The notes under the pieces were generated by a model. That model was not told the DNA's origin and searched no databases. It saw only the letters and a list, made by a program, of their open reading frames with translations. From Trichoplax adhaerens (lineage: Eukaryota; Animalia; Placozoa), in the NCBI RefSeq assembly GCF_000150275.1, contig NW_002060950.1, forward strand, positions 2,966,596 to 3,030,595: a stretch of DNA of 64,000 nucleotides, given 5' to 3'. This document shows positions 12,011 through 24,658 of the stretch, piece by piece. The position numbers and the translations under genes are program-made. The first letter of the stretch is position 1, and each line of letters starts with the position of its first letter.

Positions 12011-12730
12011 TTACAGTAGTGCTTAAGTTGTACTGTACTAGCTAACAAGAGAGAGAGAGAGAGAGCGAGAGTGGTCAAGGATGATTGCCGAATAGTTGAT
12101 TAGATTTAATCGTAGATGCGATCATCTTACTCTTTGGTAATTTGTCGGCTTTGATTTATTTTGTGTTCAGTGATCTGTTAGTAACCTTTTCATTTTTTCT
12201 AGCTCAGTAAATTGGGCATACTGACAGATCGGTAAGATTAATCAGCTGGACCGTAAATAATTATGAGTTGTATAGTTTATTTTCATCTAAAAGGGCATGA
12301 TATCATGATAGAAAGGTTATGATCTTGTGAGTTCTTTTTTATCTTCTTAGCTAAGTATAACTATCTTTAATATCAATTAATTGTGTCAATGCGTGAATTA
12401 GATAAAATGCTTGAACTAGAATGATGGCACATATTATGCCTTCCTTCTAATACAGTTTCTACCTGCTTCTTTAAATTTTACACCTCATGCATAGAATTCA
12501 GAAACTGATTTTTGCTACTACATACAACACTAGGAAAATCGATTTCGTTTGTAAGTTTTTCACTAGATCCAATTTAACAAGTTAATATACAAATAGAACT
12601 TGACAGTATGTCATACTGCTGTCTTTATAGATAGCAAATAAACACAATAACTACATTGATTAAATTTAAAAAATGGAAGTAACTTCAGAAATAAAAGGCT
12701 GATTTCCTTTTATAGATCCAGAATTAAAGT

Positions 12731-15700
12731 ATGGCTTCTTCAAGGTAAATTTACATATCATATAATCTATATTTGTATAGACTAATGCTAAATAAACCTG
12801 TCGAGATATGGCAAGAAATACGGAATTTTACATCGTAATTAATTTTTAAATATTTTAGTTTGGAATCCCATACAATATATGCTTGCGGAATTGAAAGTCG
12901 ATTTGTCAAGGTACTGTATTTTAATGTATTCATTCTGACATTAAATAAAGTGTAGTAAAATAATATTACGGCCTATTTCTGCTTGGCAATGTTTTGGGAA
13001 AAAATCGGCTTCTCTCATTAGTCATCATTGAGATTTTTGCTCGTATTTACAATAATCAACTTAGTTCGAATACATGTATGAGATTAAAAGCGTCTATTTT
13101 TAATTACAGCTTTACCAATAACGCGACTTAAAAAATTGGAATAGGATTGTTTAGTCAATTTGATACTGCTACTTACATTTTCATTAATGAAGTTGGATAA
13201 TTATTGTTTTGTTGAAATAATACTGAATTTCATGACCATACATACATATTAGTTATTTAAAGTGAAAGCAAATTGTTGTAGCTTTAGATAATCTGAAGGC
13301 AACGCGGCTTCAAAATTGAAAAGGAATTATTTAGTCTATTTGATGCTGTTTGTCAGCTTTTTTATTGATAGAGTTAGCATAATTATTATTTCGTTGTAAT
13401 GTTGCTGAATTTCATGTCTGTCTAAGTTAGTGATTTAAATTGAGAACAAATTAGCGTTGCTTTGAGTTAGACAATCTTAAGGCAAGCTATGTTCTTTAAC
13501 ATTAGTATCAGACAATTTTTTCTAAATTTTGTTACATTTACATATAATTATTCCAATAAGCAATACTGCACCTAACCTTACCTAAAATAGTAGTGGCAAA
13601 GTGAATTGAATATGCCATTTAGATGCTATTAGCTCACCCTACAATCTTAAATAGCTATGAATAAATGTAGGTTCATTAGATAAAATTAGTTGCTTCTCAT
13701 TCAATCTTGATGGTAACAATTTGTTTTAAAATAATACTAGATATTTTTATAATACTTTATTTATTTGCATTTGACTATTCTAACATGTAGTAACTTACCT
13801 AATGTTCCCTAAATTGATTGTGACTAAGTGAATTAAATATATCATTTAATCATGTAAGTGTTCTCACCGCAATTAATGTATAATATTTAACGATTGCGAC
13901 AGAGTATTACTATATCTGATGAAATTGGTTACTTCTCATTCAATCTTGATAGCAACAATTACTTTTAAAATAGTTTCAGAAATTTTATAATGCTTTATTT
14001 ATTTGTATCTAAATATTCTCATAAGTACTACCGTACCTAATCTGCCCTGAATTGATTGTAGAAAAGTGAATTAAATATGATATTTAGGTGCTATTAACTC
14101 ATTGTACAATATTTTAATAAACTACGACAGAATGTTGCTATATCGGATAGAATTGGTTGCTTCTCATTCAATTTTGATTCTTGATGATAACAATTATTTT
14201 CAAATAACATTTTAGATGATTTGAATAGTATGGTACTAAACACTGAGCAAGAATTTATCCAATGCATAGAATGAAAGCCATATTTTGGCCTAGTAGTCGT
14301 GAAATTAATCGTTTTCAACGCTATTTTGTTTTAACCTAAACGAAGATATCATTCTATCATGATAGTTAAATAGATTATAGACGCTAAATCGATCCATGAT
14401 ATATATAACTTTTAAACTATTGATCTCTTTAATTCACATAGGACTTTGAAGAGATAGTTATTCAATTGGCTCCAGACGTCCAAATTGGTAATTTTAACAC
14501 TTATATATGTTCAGCCAAGAAAAATTGGAACTTTGTGTAAGTCATCATGAATTTAAGTTTTCACATCGTTTTAAAATCGATGAAAGTTCGCTCCTTTTAG
14601 ATCTGTAATGTTAGTTTTAAGCGGCTTATATTCCTACCGAGTTTAAATTAAGTTGCTAGAAATCAGAATGGTTCAATTTCAAGGGAAAATCTTTATTTGA
14701 AATCAAATTTGACAGTTTCTGCATATTTTATCACGCAAGATAAGGTTTTATAGTACTTTGAATAACTAAGAAAATTAGTAATTGCTTACCATGCTTGTTA
14801 TTATCATTAGGGAATTATGCCTTTTTTCAGAAGGAGATTGCGTTACATTAATGGCAAAATTGAGAGGTTTAAAAATTAAGGAGAGCAAAATTCCTCTAAG
14901 ATTATTTTGGCCAGTAGAATTGGTTAACTACAAACGCAAGCAATTGACTAATGAGGTTTTTAAGCAAATGGCGCAATTAGGTCGTAAAGCCAAGGGCTGT
15001 TTCTTCGATATAAGAATCGAAGATAGGTAGGTTGAATTGAGTGCTATACCCTCTCCTTTGCCTTTATAAGTTAGTTCTTCTATACTTATTTCGTTGATGA
15101 TTAGAAATGTCCTAGTTCAATATTTGTAAACGGAATAGAAGAATGAATGATAAGTTTATAGAGTTCAGATGCGATATGCTAATGACATTTTATCGTCTGT
15201 CAATCCTTTAGAAAGATGCAAGCTGTCAAATTTTTGGATAAATTTCGATTTAAAACCACTAAAACGACAGTTAAAATATTCAATGTTCCTCTATGTATAA
15301 ATAAAGTCAGTTAAGTTTGATGATGAACACTTTTTGTCGGATTTAGATTAGAGAGAAATTGACGTTGTGATAATGTAATTGTAATTCCATTAATAATGAT
15401 AGATCGAGCTTTATCATTTGGCTGGGCAAGGTGGAATGGTTGCTTCTTTAGATATGGCGCAGACTGATCATGTGTAATATCATATGAATACTTTTTGTTC
15501 ATCAGTAAACTAATTTCATGAATTATTGTATTGATAGAATTCACACGATATTTGATAATTTTAGAAGCTGATAAAGAATCTTTGATGATATCATTATTTT
15601 CAAAATTAGAAAATCAGCTGTCATTTGGTGGCTGATGCTTTTTATTTTGATTTTTTAATTCCCGCTAAAATGTATTGCAGCTCTGTAGTTCATATTAGCG

Positions 15701-18700
15701 GCGAGAATTTCTGGCTAGATGAACTTATGTAGCTACTTAAAAGGATGTTCAATATTCGTAAGCTAAATGAATTAAATAAATTTATCTATTTTCTTCTCTT
15801 CACAGGCAAGTAACTTATTTCAGCGAAGCTGATGCTATAATAGCATTACTGTGCCTGGATGGATTTGAATTTTTGACTTGCCAACCAATAATAGTTCAGT
15901 TTGAAAGCCAAAATAGTGAAGCTTTGTATGATGAGGTCTTTCGAATTCGAAATCTTCTTGAGAATCGACAGGATAATAGTAATCGATCAGCATCGCATTA
16001 TCATGATGGTGCTCGATTTCCAGTTAAGCAAAAGAAAAAGTACACTTCAGGTGGAGAGAAACAACCATTTTCGCTCAATTCTTGTTTTGATCCAAGTTTG
16101 AGTTCGAAGCAATTACAGGTGAAGAATCCATTTGTTAATGATGGAATCAATCACCGTGACAAAGTGGCTCAAGACAGGAAAGAACAGAAAACAAGCAAAG
16201 GAGTAAACTTCAATAAGAGTCAAGGTACAAGAACGACACGAAGTAAACCAGTAACCGATGGAACAGGTGTTGAAAATTACGATAGTGCTAGAAAAGTACA
16301 AGGTAAAAGTATAAAAGCATATCTGAACGAAAATAAAGGTAGTCATCAAAGCATAGAACAAAATTCTGGTTTATCAAATAATGTACAGCCTACTCATGGA
16401 AAGCCTCTATCGATGAAACAACAGCGTGCGAATGGCAATGATTCTACTGAATTTTCCACATTAGCAAAAAATATGATTGAGGAAGAGTACCCTTTCTCCA
16501 AGAAAGCTTACATCCTTATCCAAAAATTGAATCTAGAGCAAAGAATCCGTGATAAAGGTTTTGAAATTTCGTTCACATTTAGAGAGGATGAAGATGGAGG
16601 ATTATTAAGTGCAAGAATGATTGATGGCGACCAAGGTTCTATCTTGAAGGAATTAATGAATTTTTTCAACTGGGTCGATTCTAAAGAGGATTTATCTGAT
16701 AGACTATGCAATTATCTTGCTATAAAGACTGATATGATGGATCTTCTAAATAAGAAATTTAATGATCATGATATTGATGGCGCAATCGTTCATACTGAGG
16801 AGAATACTTCCATATCTATTATTGCTAAGAATATGGCAGTATATTACAAAGTTAAAGCCTTGCTATTACAAGCCTTCAGTACTAAAACAACAATAATTTC
16901 TTATGAGAATCGCTTTTTTTCAAAAGACACTCATCTATTCCTTTCTAGTATTGAAGAAGATATTCCCGCATGTAGTAATGTCCTATTAGAAGCTAATTTG
17001 GATAAAGATACGAATACTTGTAGTATAGCAGTAACGGGTCCTAATAATATCGTTGAAAGTGTAATTCAAGCTATAGAAACTAAAATAGATAATTATAAAT
17101 TAATCAAATTTGTTATTAGTGATATTCCAGTTTTGAAAACGGAATATTTACGGATGCACTTACATGGTGATATCCTGTCCTCAGAAAAGAAATACGGCTG
17201 CCAAATTAAAATTGAAGAGAAACAAGGCAGTGATTCTTGGTGTATGGACGTACGTAAAAACATTTCTGTAGAATGTTGCAACATTCATGAAACTACTATT
17301 AGTAACGAAATTCAAGCTCTGTTACAAAATATTACCACGGAAGAAGGACATCGGATTAGTAAATATTCGTATATTGGACGATTGTTTAGTAACAGCAAAC
17401 ATAAAGCCAAATTAGAGCGCCTACAAGGACAACTACAATGCTTGATCACTATGACTTACGATAATGAAAGGTACCTATGGCATTATAATTGACCGTTAAA
17501 TGAAAGCAATGAAATTAATTAATCGTATTAGATTTACAGCAGTTATAAAATACAAAATGATGATTAAAATTGTATTAAACGTAAACAAGTTTAGAGAAAG
17601 GTAAGTCAGTGTGGCAACATTGTTACCTTAGCGAGGAGGAAGATGTAGTCAAAATGAAACGTTAATATGGAAATGGGATTACATTATTATCTATAGGGAA
17701 TCTAGTAGTTAAGAATAGGAATCAATATGGATGTTGCAATCTTGCATTCATATTGTTACCCGTAGAGGTAGAGTTAGCGTTCAATTTATTGGATATAAAT
17801 CGTTTTGCTCATTTACGTTTTCTTGTTTTATGTTTTAGTAATGAAAGTAAACCTATGGTTGAAAAATCTGTCACACTTGATCAGAAGGTGATTCTGCAAA
17901 CAGCTAAACAAGAGGAAGTAATCACAGCTAAAACCGCCGCTCCTAGTGACTCAACTCAACCGGTTTCGCTAACAAGTAGTAACGAGAGGCAAATTAATAA
18001 TGTTGCAATTAAATTGGTGCAAGGAAGACTGGAACAAGAAGGAGCAGCCTCTGTAAGTAGTAAAATAGAATTCGTCTTAGACTATGTTATTCCTAATTTA
18101 ATACTTGATAGAATAGAAACATCTACAGCACTAAATAAAGAGTCCATTTTGAATCTTTTTATTATTTCCAGGCTGATGTTATTATCAGTTCCATGAGCTT
18201 GAATAATTTTGCAGAAGGTAAAATTGCTAAAGCACTATCAGCCGCTGGTGGAGCAGCGTATCAGCAAGAATGTAGTAGTCTGTTACAATCTTTATCGATT
18301 AATAGCATAGGCTGTACAAATGGGCAGTATTTTGGTTGCAAGAAAGTATATCACATTGCATTTTTAAGCTCCGACAAATCAACATCGGTAGGTTGAGAGC
18401 CAATACCTGTTAGAAAACGCTAAATAAAGCAAATACATTATTAGAGGCTATGAAATCATATAGAGTGCTTAATGTAATAATTAATAGAAGATGATGATGC
18501 TAGGCTAAGTAGTTTACTTAGTAAATAGAAGCAGCTTAGTAAATCTGACAATAATAAATCATTTTAATTGCCTGTTTTAGTGGCTTAGCCAACGTATTGA
18601 AGATTGCTTAAAAAAAGCTGATAATGAATCCATGCAATCAATAGCCATACCTATCATCGGCACTGGAAGTATTAACCTAAATATCGATGAAATTACCAAG

Positions 18701-21199
18701 GAAATGATAAAAGTAGCAATGGACTTTGCTCATAAGCATACAGGAAGCCTACAAGAAATCTATTTTATCGTCTTTCCTACTGACTTAAACGTTTATAGTG
18801 CTATGAAGCAATCGCTAGAATCGAGTAAAGTACTAGAAGTGCAACTTAAACAGCAAGCTAAACTCGTTAAGAAGGTAATAAAATCGACCGGAAATACCCC
18901 TACGCATGTAAATCTTAGCGGTACACAGAAACTATTATTTTCAGCTCGATGCGAAATCACTGAAACACCTATTTGTATTAATATCTATGATGGCAATATT
19001 CATGATGTAGCTGCAGATGCTATCGTTGATATAACATCTTTATGCCCTAAGCATTCGAAAGTTGATTCTCATTTAGACTTTATTCACTATAACGATGCTG
19101 GGCATACATCACAAACTTTGCGAAAACTCTCTTCTAAATCGCGCTCAACTATATATCAAGTTTGTCCTTACGGTTGCTTATCTGGCTTTAGTACTATATT
19201 AGCAATCATTAATGCCCGTGAAGAAAAATCGATCGCGATTCCGTTGTTAAGTCATGAAATGGATTTCACTCATGTTTATAGCTTAATAGATACTATAGAG
19301 ATATTTATAGCTAATAATCTAAGTGCGGCAACGTGTATAAATTGTTTTAATTTTGTCATTGGATATAAAGATCGAAGTCGAGAATTCGCAAGCTGGATGC
19401 AAATGGTAATCGTCGATAAGCCTTTACAGTTTGGGTGGCAAATTACTCAACACGTAGCAGTTAAAGAACTTGGTTTTAATGTAACTTATGTCGCTAAAGA
19501 TAAATCTATCATTACTAAGATGGAATCAGAAATGGAAGAACTTACAGATGCTTGGACGAGTCATAAGATGACTGAAGAAGATTATTTTGATTCAGTAGAT
19601 CAAAATAGTTGGTCTGAGCTTGCGTTACAATTTTGGTCAGAATATAACACAATTCTAGTAAAGCAAGGTCAAGATAAAACTGTGTATATATACGGGTTCG
19701 AGAACGATATACTGAATGCTGTTTCAAGTATTCATAAGCTAAGTAAAACTTACTTTGAAGAGAAAGCTCAGAATGAAGTAGAGAAAGTTACAGCTGAAAC
19801 AGCTAAATGGTATGTAAAAGCTGAAGAATCTAAGGCTTACTTTGGAGTGAAGCTAAACTACGAAATTGAAAAAAACTACAAGATTTATACTAAAGATAAG
19901 ACCAAGAAGACTTTCGTAATCGATGCAGGAAATAAAACGATCGATTTCGGCGAAATGAATCTGAAGTTTGTTGATGGAACAGAGTATCCTATAGGAAAAT
20001 CGTCAATAACAGGTGTAGCAAAGTATTGATATCTCATCAGTAATTACATATATATATATATATATATATATGTATACACTTATAGAATTTTTATAATTAT
20101 TAGCTACTTTACTTGTATAATTAAAAATAGAATATATAATTTCGAAAGATTTCGATTAAGTCTATTTCCAGAGAGAAATTCGAAACTAGAAATATATCTA
20201 ATTTATCATAGTTTGATAGTTATCTTTATTTATTGCTTTACTTGTATAATTAATTAATTGAATTAAAGATCGAATATAAAGTATAGAAAGATTGTAGTCT
20301 AATCTTATGTATGAATTGGTAGCTAGTAGCTTATCAAATTTATTATAAGTTACTAATTTATGAAGGAGTTAGTTATTCCTTACAGCGATCGTGATTTAAT
20401 CTTATGATGGCATTATAATATATATGGCTTGCTGTTTATTAGAATTGGCTATACCTACTAACTGGGAATACCAAAATCAAGAAGAGATCAAAGATGGCTA
20501 CTTTCACATAGCCGATGTTACAAATCAGGAGGAAATAAATGAAATTTCTAGCATTCCAGAACTCGGTGGAATCAGAGTTAATAGGTTACAAAGAGTTGAA
20601 AATTGGAATTTATACAGAAGGTATCAGATCATGAAAGCTGACGTGACTGCAGCTGTTCAGAAATATAAACCAGGAACTCAAGTTGAAAGACGCCTCTTTC
20701 ATGGTACTGATAGTAGCAAAGTAGCTGGGATATGTAAGAACGGTTTTGATAGGGATTATTCAGGGACAGCTGCAGGTTTGTATATGTTCAAAACATATGT
20801 ATAAACATGTAATACTATTTTTATAAGTGAGTTTAAAATGATCAATTCCATACAGAATATTCGAAGACAAAATCTTGTCTGGCTGAAATTAATAGAGGGT
20901 GAAAATCGTTAAATAAATTTTTTCCCTTCCATTGGGTAGGCTCTGCATATGGTACAGGAACTTACTTTGCTGTCAAAGCTGAACTTTCGCGAAGATATGG
21001 CCATGCATTATTACTAGTTCGTGTACTAACAGGAATCTCTGGTGCATCAAGCGGCAGTAATCAACCTAATTTATCCAACATTCCCGGAAGCCAGGATGAA
21101 CGTATACATTCTGCTGTGGATAATATAAGCAACCCCTCTATGTATATTGTATCGAATGATAATTCTGCTTATCCAGAATACATTATCCATTTATCGTGA
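12731..21199 (+). CDS. PARP14-like: Macro-PARP paralog 2 (PARP14-like mono-ADP-ribosyltransferase), intact, ~1553 aa
   Basis: Exons 12731-12744, 12859-12910, 14442-14536, 14811-15026, 15212-15305, 15403-15473, 15806-17470, 17839-18052, 18172-18387, 18581-20012, 20443-20775, 20940-21199 (4662 nt, in frame). RRM x2, KH-like region, macro x2, WWE-like, ART with LFHGT / YGTGTYFA / PSMYIVSNDNSAYPEY. The last exon is not in the ORF track. Confidence 0.92.
13120..14215. repeat. Intronic tandem duplications (2 x ~180 bp, then 3 x ~235 bp) in intron 2 of paralog 2
   Basis: cgcg.ctt.aaaattg at ~13122 and ~13303; cttctcattcaat at ~13693, ~13932 and ~14160. Confidence 0.8.
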
Positions 21200-22734
21200 A
21201 TTGATCAGCAATTATTTTATCACATTGAGTATCATGATCAAGACGTAGAGCTAGTCGCTTGATAGATAAATTAGTCATTGATTAGTAAGTAATATCATTA
21301 TTAACCTCTAAATCTTTTTACTTAAAGGCTTAAAGAAGTCATTTGTGTCACGTAAAGTTGAATAGTACAGTACTAATATTTTTGGATTAAGCTGTTCGAA
21401 GCTGGATATAATTAATGAAATTAAAGTGATACTAGACTATACGCTTATGGTTTGTTTAAAATAAATAATCACTAGTAAATTAATTGGATGTAATCGATTT
21501 ATTACCGTATTTGAGAATTTTATTCAATATGTATCAAGATTTTAAGGTACGAGAGTTGTTGATAATCTCTCTATGACTATCTTGATAAGTTAATGAGTAA
21601 GTTTTGGTAAGCGCTTTACTTTGTGTGTACTTTCAAAGCCTGTGCTCATCGTCTATCAGATAATGATTTCATTGATTTCATACTGCATTAAAGATTTCCA
21701 TTCCTTATACGTATTTCAAGATTTTAACTTATAAGGGCTATCGATAATTCTCTCTAACGTTATTTTGAATTAGTATTTGAGTAGATTATAGCATTCCTTG
21801 AATATTGAGCCTTGCCAACAATAACTAATATATGACAGAGATTCGATTAACCAATGCCATCAATCTATCGTAAAGACATTAATACAAGAAATTACGTCTA
21901 TTTTATAGATTGATTTAAGTGATTTTGAGACTTAATTGCACACCCTTAAAGTTATTGCTTCGCATCTATGCAATCATTTCACCTTCCTTGAAGATCATAT
22001 ATTAAAGAAAGTACATAACATAAATTGAGATATGTATAACGGCCCTGCGAGTATATCAACAGCATTTAATTCAACAAATTATAATCCTATCCAAATATTT
22101 AAATATACGTTCTTCTTTACTGCAAGTGTTAATTTGTCGTTCACATTACTCAATATACTGCATGTTTGACTATTTTGCACAACGAAAGGCATTTCAAGCT
22201 GAAGGGTGTAACAAATTGATATTACTGGATATTATTAACTACTAGTACTACAAAGTAGTTATTTAGTTAAATTTCATTAAATTTCTATCTAGACGAATTG
22301 ATCTAGGAAATTCCATCTAAGTAAGAATACTATGCACTCAGTAAAGTTTGTAATAAAAGGGATGCCTTACAATAACTATCTTAGGCAAATAGTATTTCTA
22401 AAAGGCTATTATTACATGGTTTTGGAATAGTAGAAAGACGTGATAGTCATTTGATTAGCGAAATAGCGATTACTGTAATCTTTATAAAGTCCGGATTTTT
22501 TTCGGATTCGGATTCCGGAACCGCGGTCGGATTTATGTCCGATATAACTTTCCTGTTTTAATTTTATGTCTGATATAATTTTCCTGTTTTAATTTTTGAA
22601 TTTTTGTTCATGAAAAATATCCTAAGAGTTGATTTTTGAAATTTGAACTTTTTGTTATGAATTTGAAACTTTGGAATTTTATGACGTGACTTGAAGTCAC
22701 ATTAGGAAAATTTAGTGAGGATAATAGAAAATAA

Positions 22735-23430
22735 GATGGAAATTGGCAGAGGTTGGGTTGATTGTTAAGTAGTTAGAATGTTATTTTTATGACTAAATCT
22801 TGATGTTTAAAGGTTGATTTTTAGACTTTTATAGTGTATTAATGATAGAAATTATGTTAGAAGTGAAGTTTGATGTATTTTTATAGTTAGCTTGTTAGTT
22901 TTATAGTGCTTTGTAAGGGAATCATAGGGTAAATTGTGTCTGAACTTTGAATGATTTTTGTTTTCTTAAATGGTGCAAAGTAGTTTTCTAAAACGGATCT
23001 TGAGAGCGATTGGTTAGCAATTGTTTAGTTTTAAATACCTCTGACGGCTCTAAGAAGCCTATAAATGATAGTGCAATTAGAAAATTTAGAGAGAGGAGAA
23101 GAAGATTTTATTTGAAGAACTTGTTGAATTTAAAAGGCCTTCGGGGTCGAATTGTCGTAAGTTAAAACGTTCTTCTTTTTGAAAGGTTGTTTTGTCGTTG
23201 ACAGTTTTTAAGTCTGTCACTTATTTTATTAATACTTAAAGCTAAGTATTTGTAAGGTTATTCGGTTTATACTTCTGTCCATTTTGTTTTGAAATAAATT
23301 GTCGTTCGATTATTTCCCCAAATTTTATTTGGTGTCAAAGTTTCGCTAAGTCGACCGGAGTGCAACGAAAGTAGAATTAAAGTTTGTTAAAGTTTTGTAG
23401 CTTGATCTCTACACTTTTCATTTCATTACA
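22735..23430. repeat. Dispersed repeat family B, ~700 bp (second copy ~35336-36040), probable non-autonomous TE
   Basis: Long colinear identity, e.g. gttatttttatgactaaatcttgatgtttaaa, aagcctataaatgatagtgcaat, tttgaagaacttgttgaattt, ttttatttggtgtcaaagttt. Strong T/G skew, no ORF. Confidence 0.85.
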
Positions 23431-24658
23431 CTAGTCTAAAATCTAAAGTATTCCGAGTTCAAAGCGAAGTGAAGTCTCTTGTCTCCCGTAAGCTCATGTC
23501 TGCAGTTCTAATATACATTTCGTTAAATCCATTTATAACAACTTGATTAATCTACAATCAGACATGAGTCATCAAACAAAATACTTTTCTGAAATAGTAC
23601 ACCATTATCTTCTATAATTTAAATCATTCTACTTAAGATGTCACTACTCTTCTATTAACGTCTAGCCACTTTCTCCGAAGAGCATCTCAACAAATACGGT
23701 GTTTCTAGCGAAATAAATCTTGTACTATAAGTAGTCAACTGGCTAGTATTAATCATCACCGATTTCTAATATAGTAGTTAGCAATCATCTAATATTATTA
23801 GCTTCAAGATAATATCTATTCAGAGTAGCCTAGCTATATCAAATATAGCTATTCTTATAATCAAATATAAATGCAACACTACAAGTTTATTTATTGGTTA
23901 CGGTTATTCCGATAATGTTTACTTACTTCTTTAGTAAGATGTAATTATTAAGATATTATGACAGCAAGAAGACTATATAGCGATGACACTGGACATTTAC
24001 TTAACGTCTCATGCATTTTAACTATAAACCAGAGCGGAATGATGCAAAGAAAACTTAAAAAAACTTGAATAGAAAATAAATTAAAATAAGACAATAGGTG
24101 TCTATAGAGCTCAAAAGTTTTATTTCAATTCCTTAATCATTGTCTTTTACTTTCGTGAATTATAATAGGAGCTAGCAGGCTACTGATTCATTATTTTATT
24201 ATTATTTTAATTACTGGATTGCTATCATGCTAAATTCTAATGATGGAAAGATGAGGCGTGGCTAAGCCATACTCAGAATTATATTTCGTCATATACGGAG
24301 AAGTAGTAATTTTTAAAAATTTCTTTATTATTTCGCACTGGTTATTCTCGACCTAATAGAAAAAAAGAGTTAAGGTAGCTTACCTCTATTCAATGGTTCT
24401 TTCCATCGAATAGATAGATTCTTCGTTTCCTTCTAGAATATCCTATCTTTTAACTTATTTTAGTCAGTAAACAGGTGCGATAAAGTGCATTGTAAAACAG
24501 TGGAGTGGTTGCTTTAAGCCACCTTAAATATTAAATTGCATTGCATCAAAGTGTTTGTTGAGTAGATAGTGATTGACTTGGGTCATCAGCTATGTCATAA
24601 AATAAAAATTATAACATAGTAAATTTTAAATTTAACTTTTACAAATCCTCCATTCAAC

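Noticed and set aside
23414-23426. ISRE/IRF-like TTTCANTTTC-type motifs upstream of genes
   Set aside because: Expected by chance in very AT-rich DNA, and not positionally conserved among paralogs.
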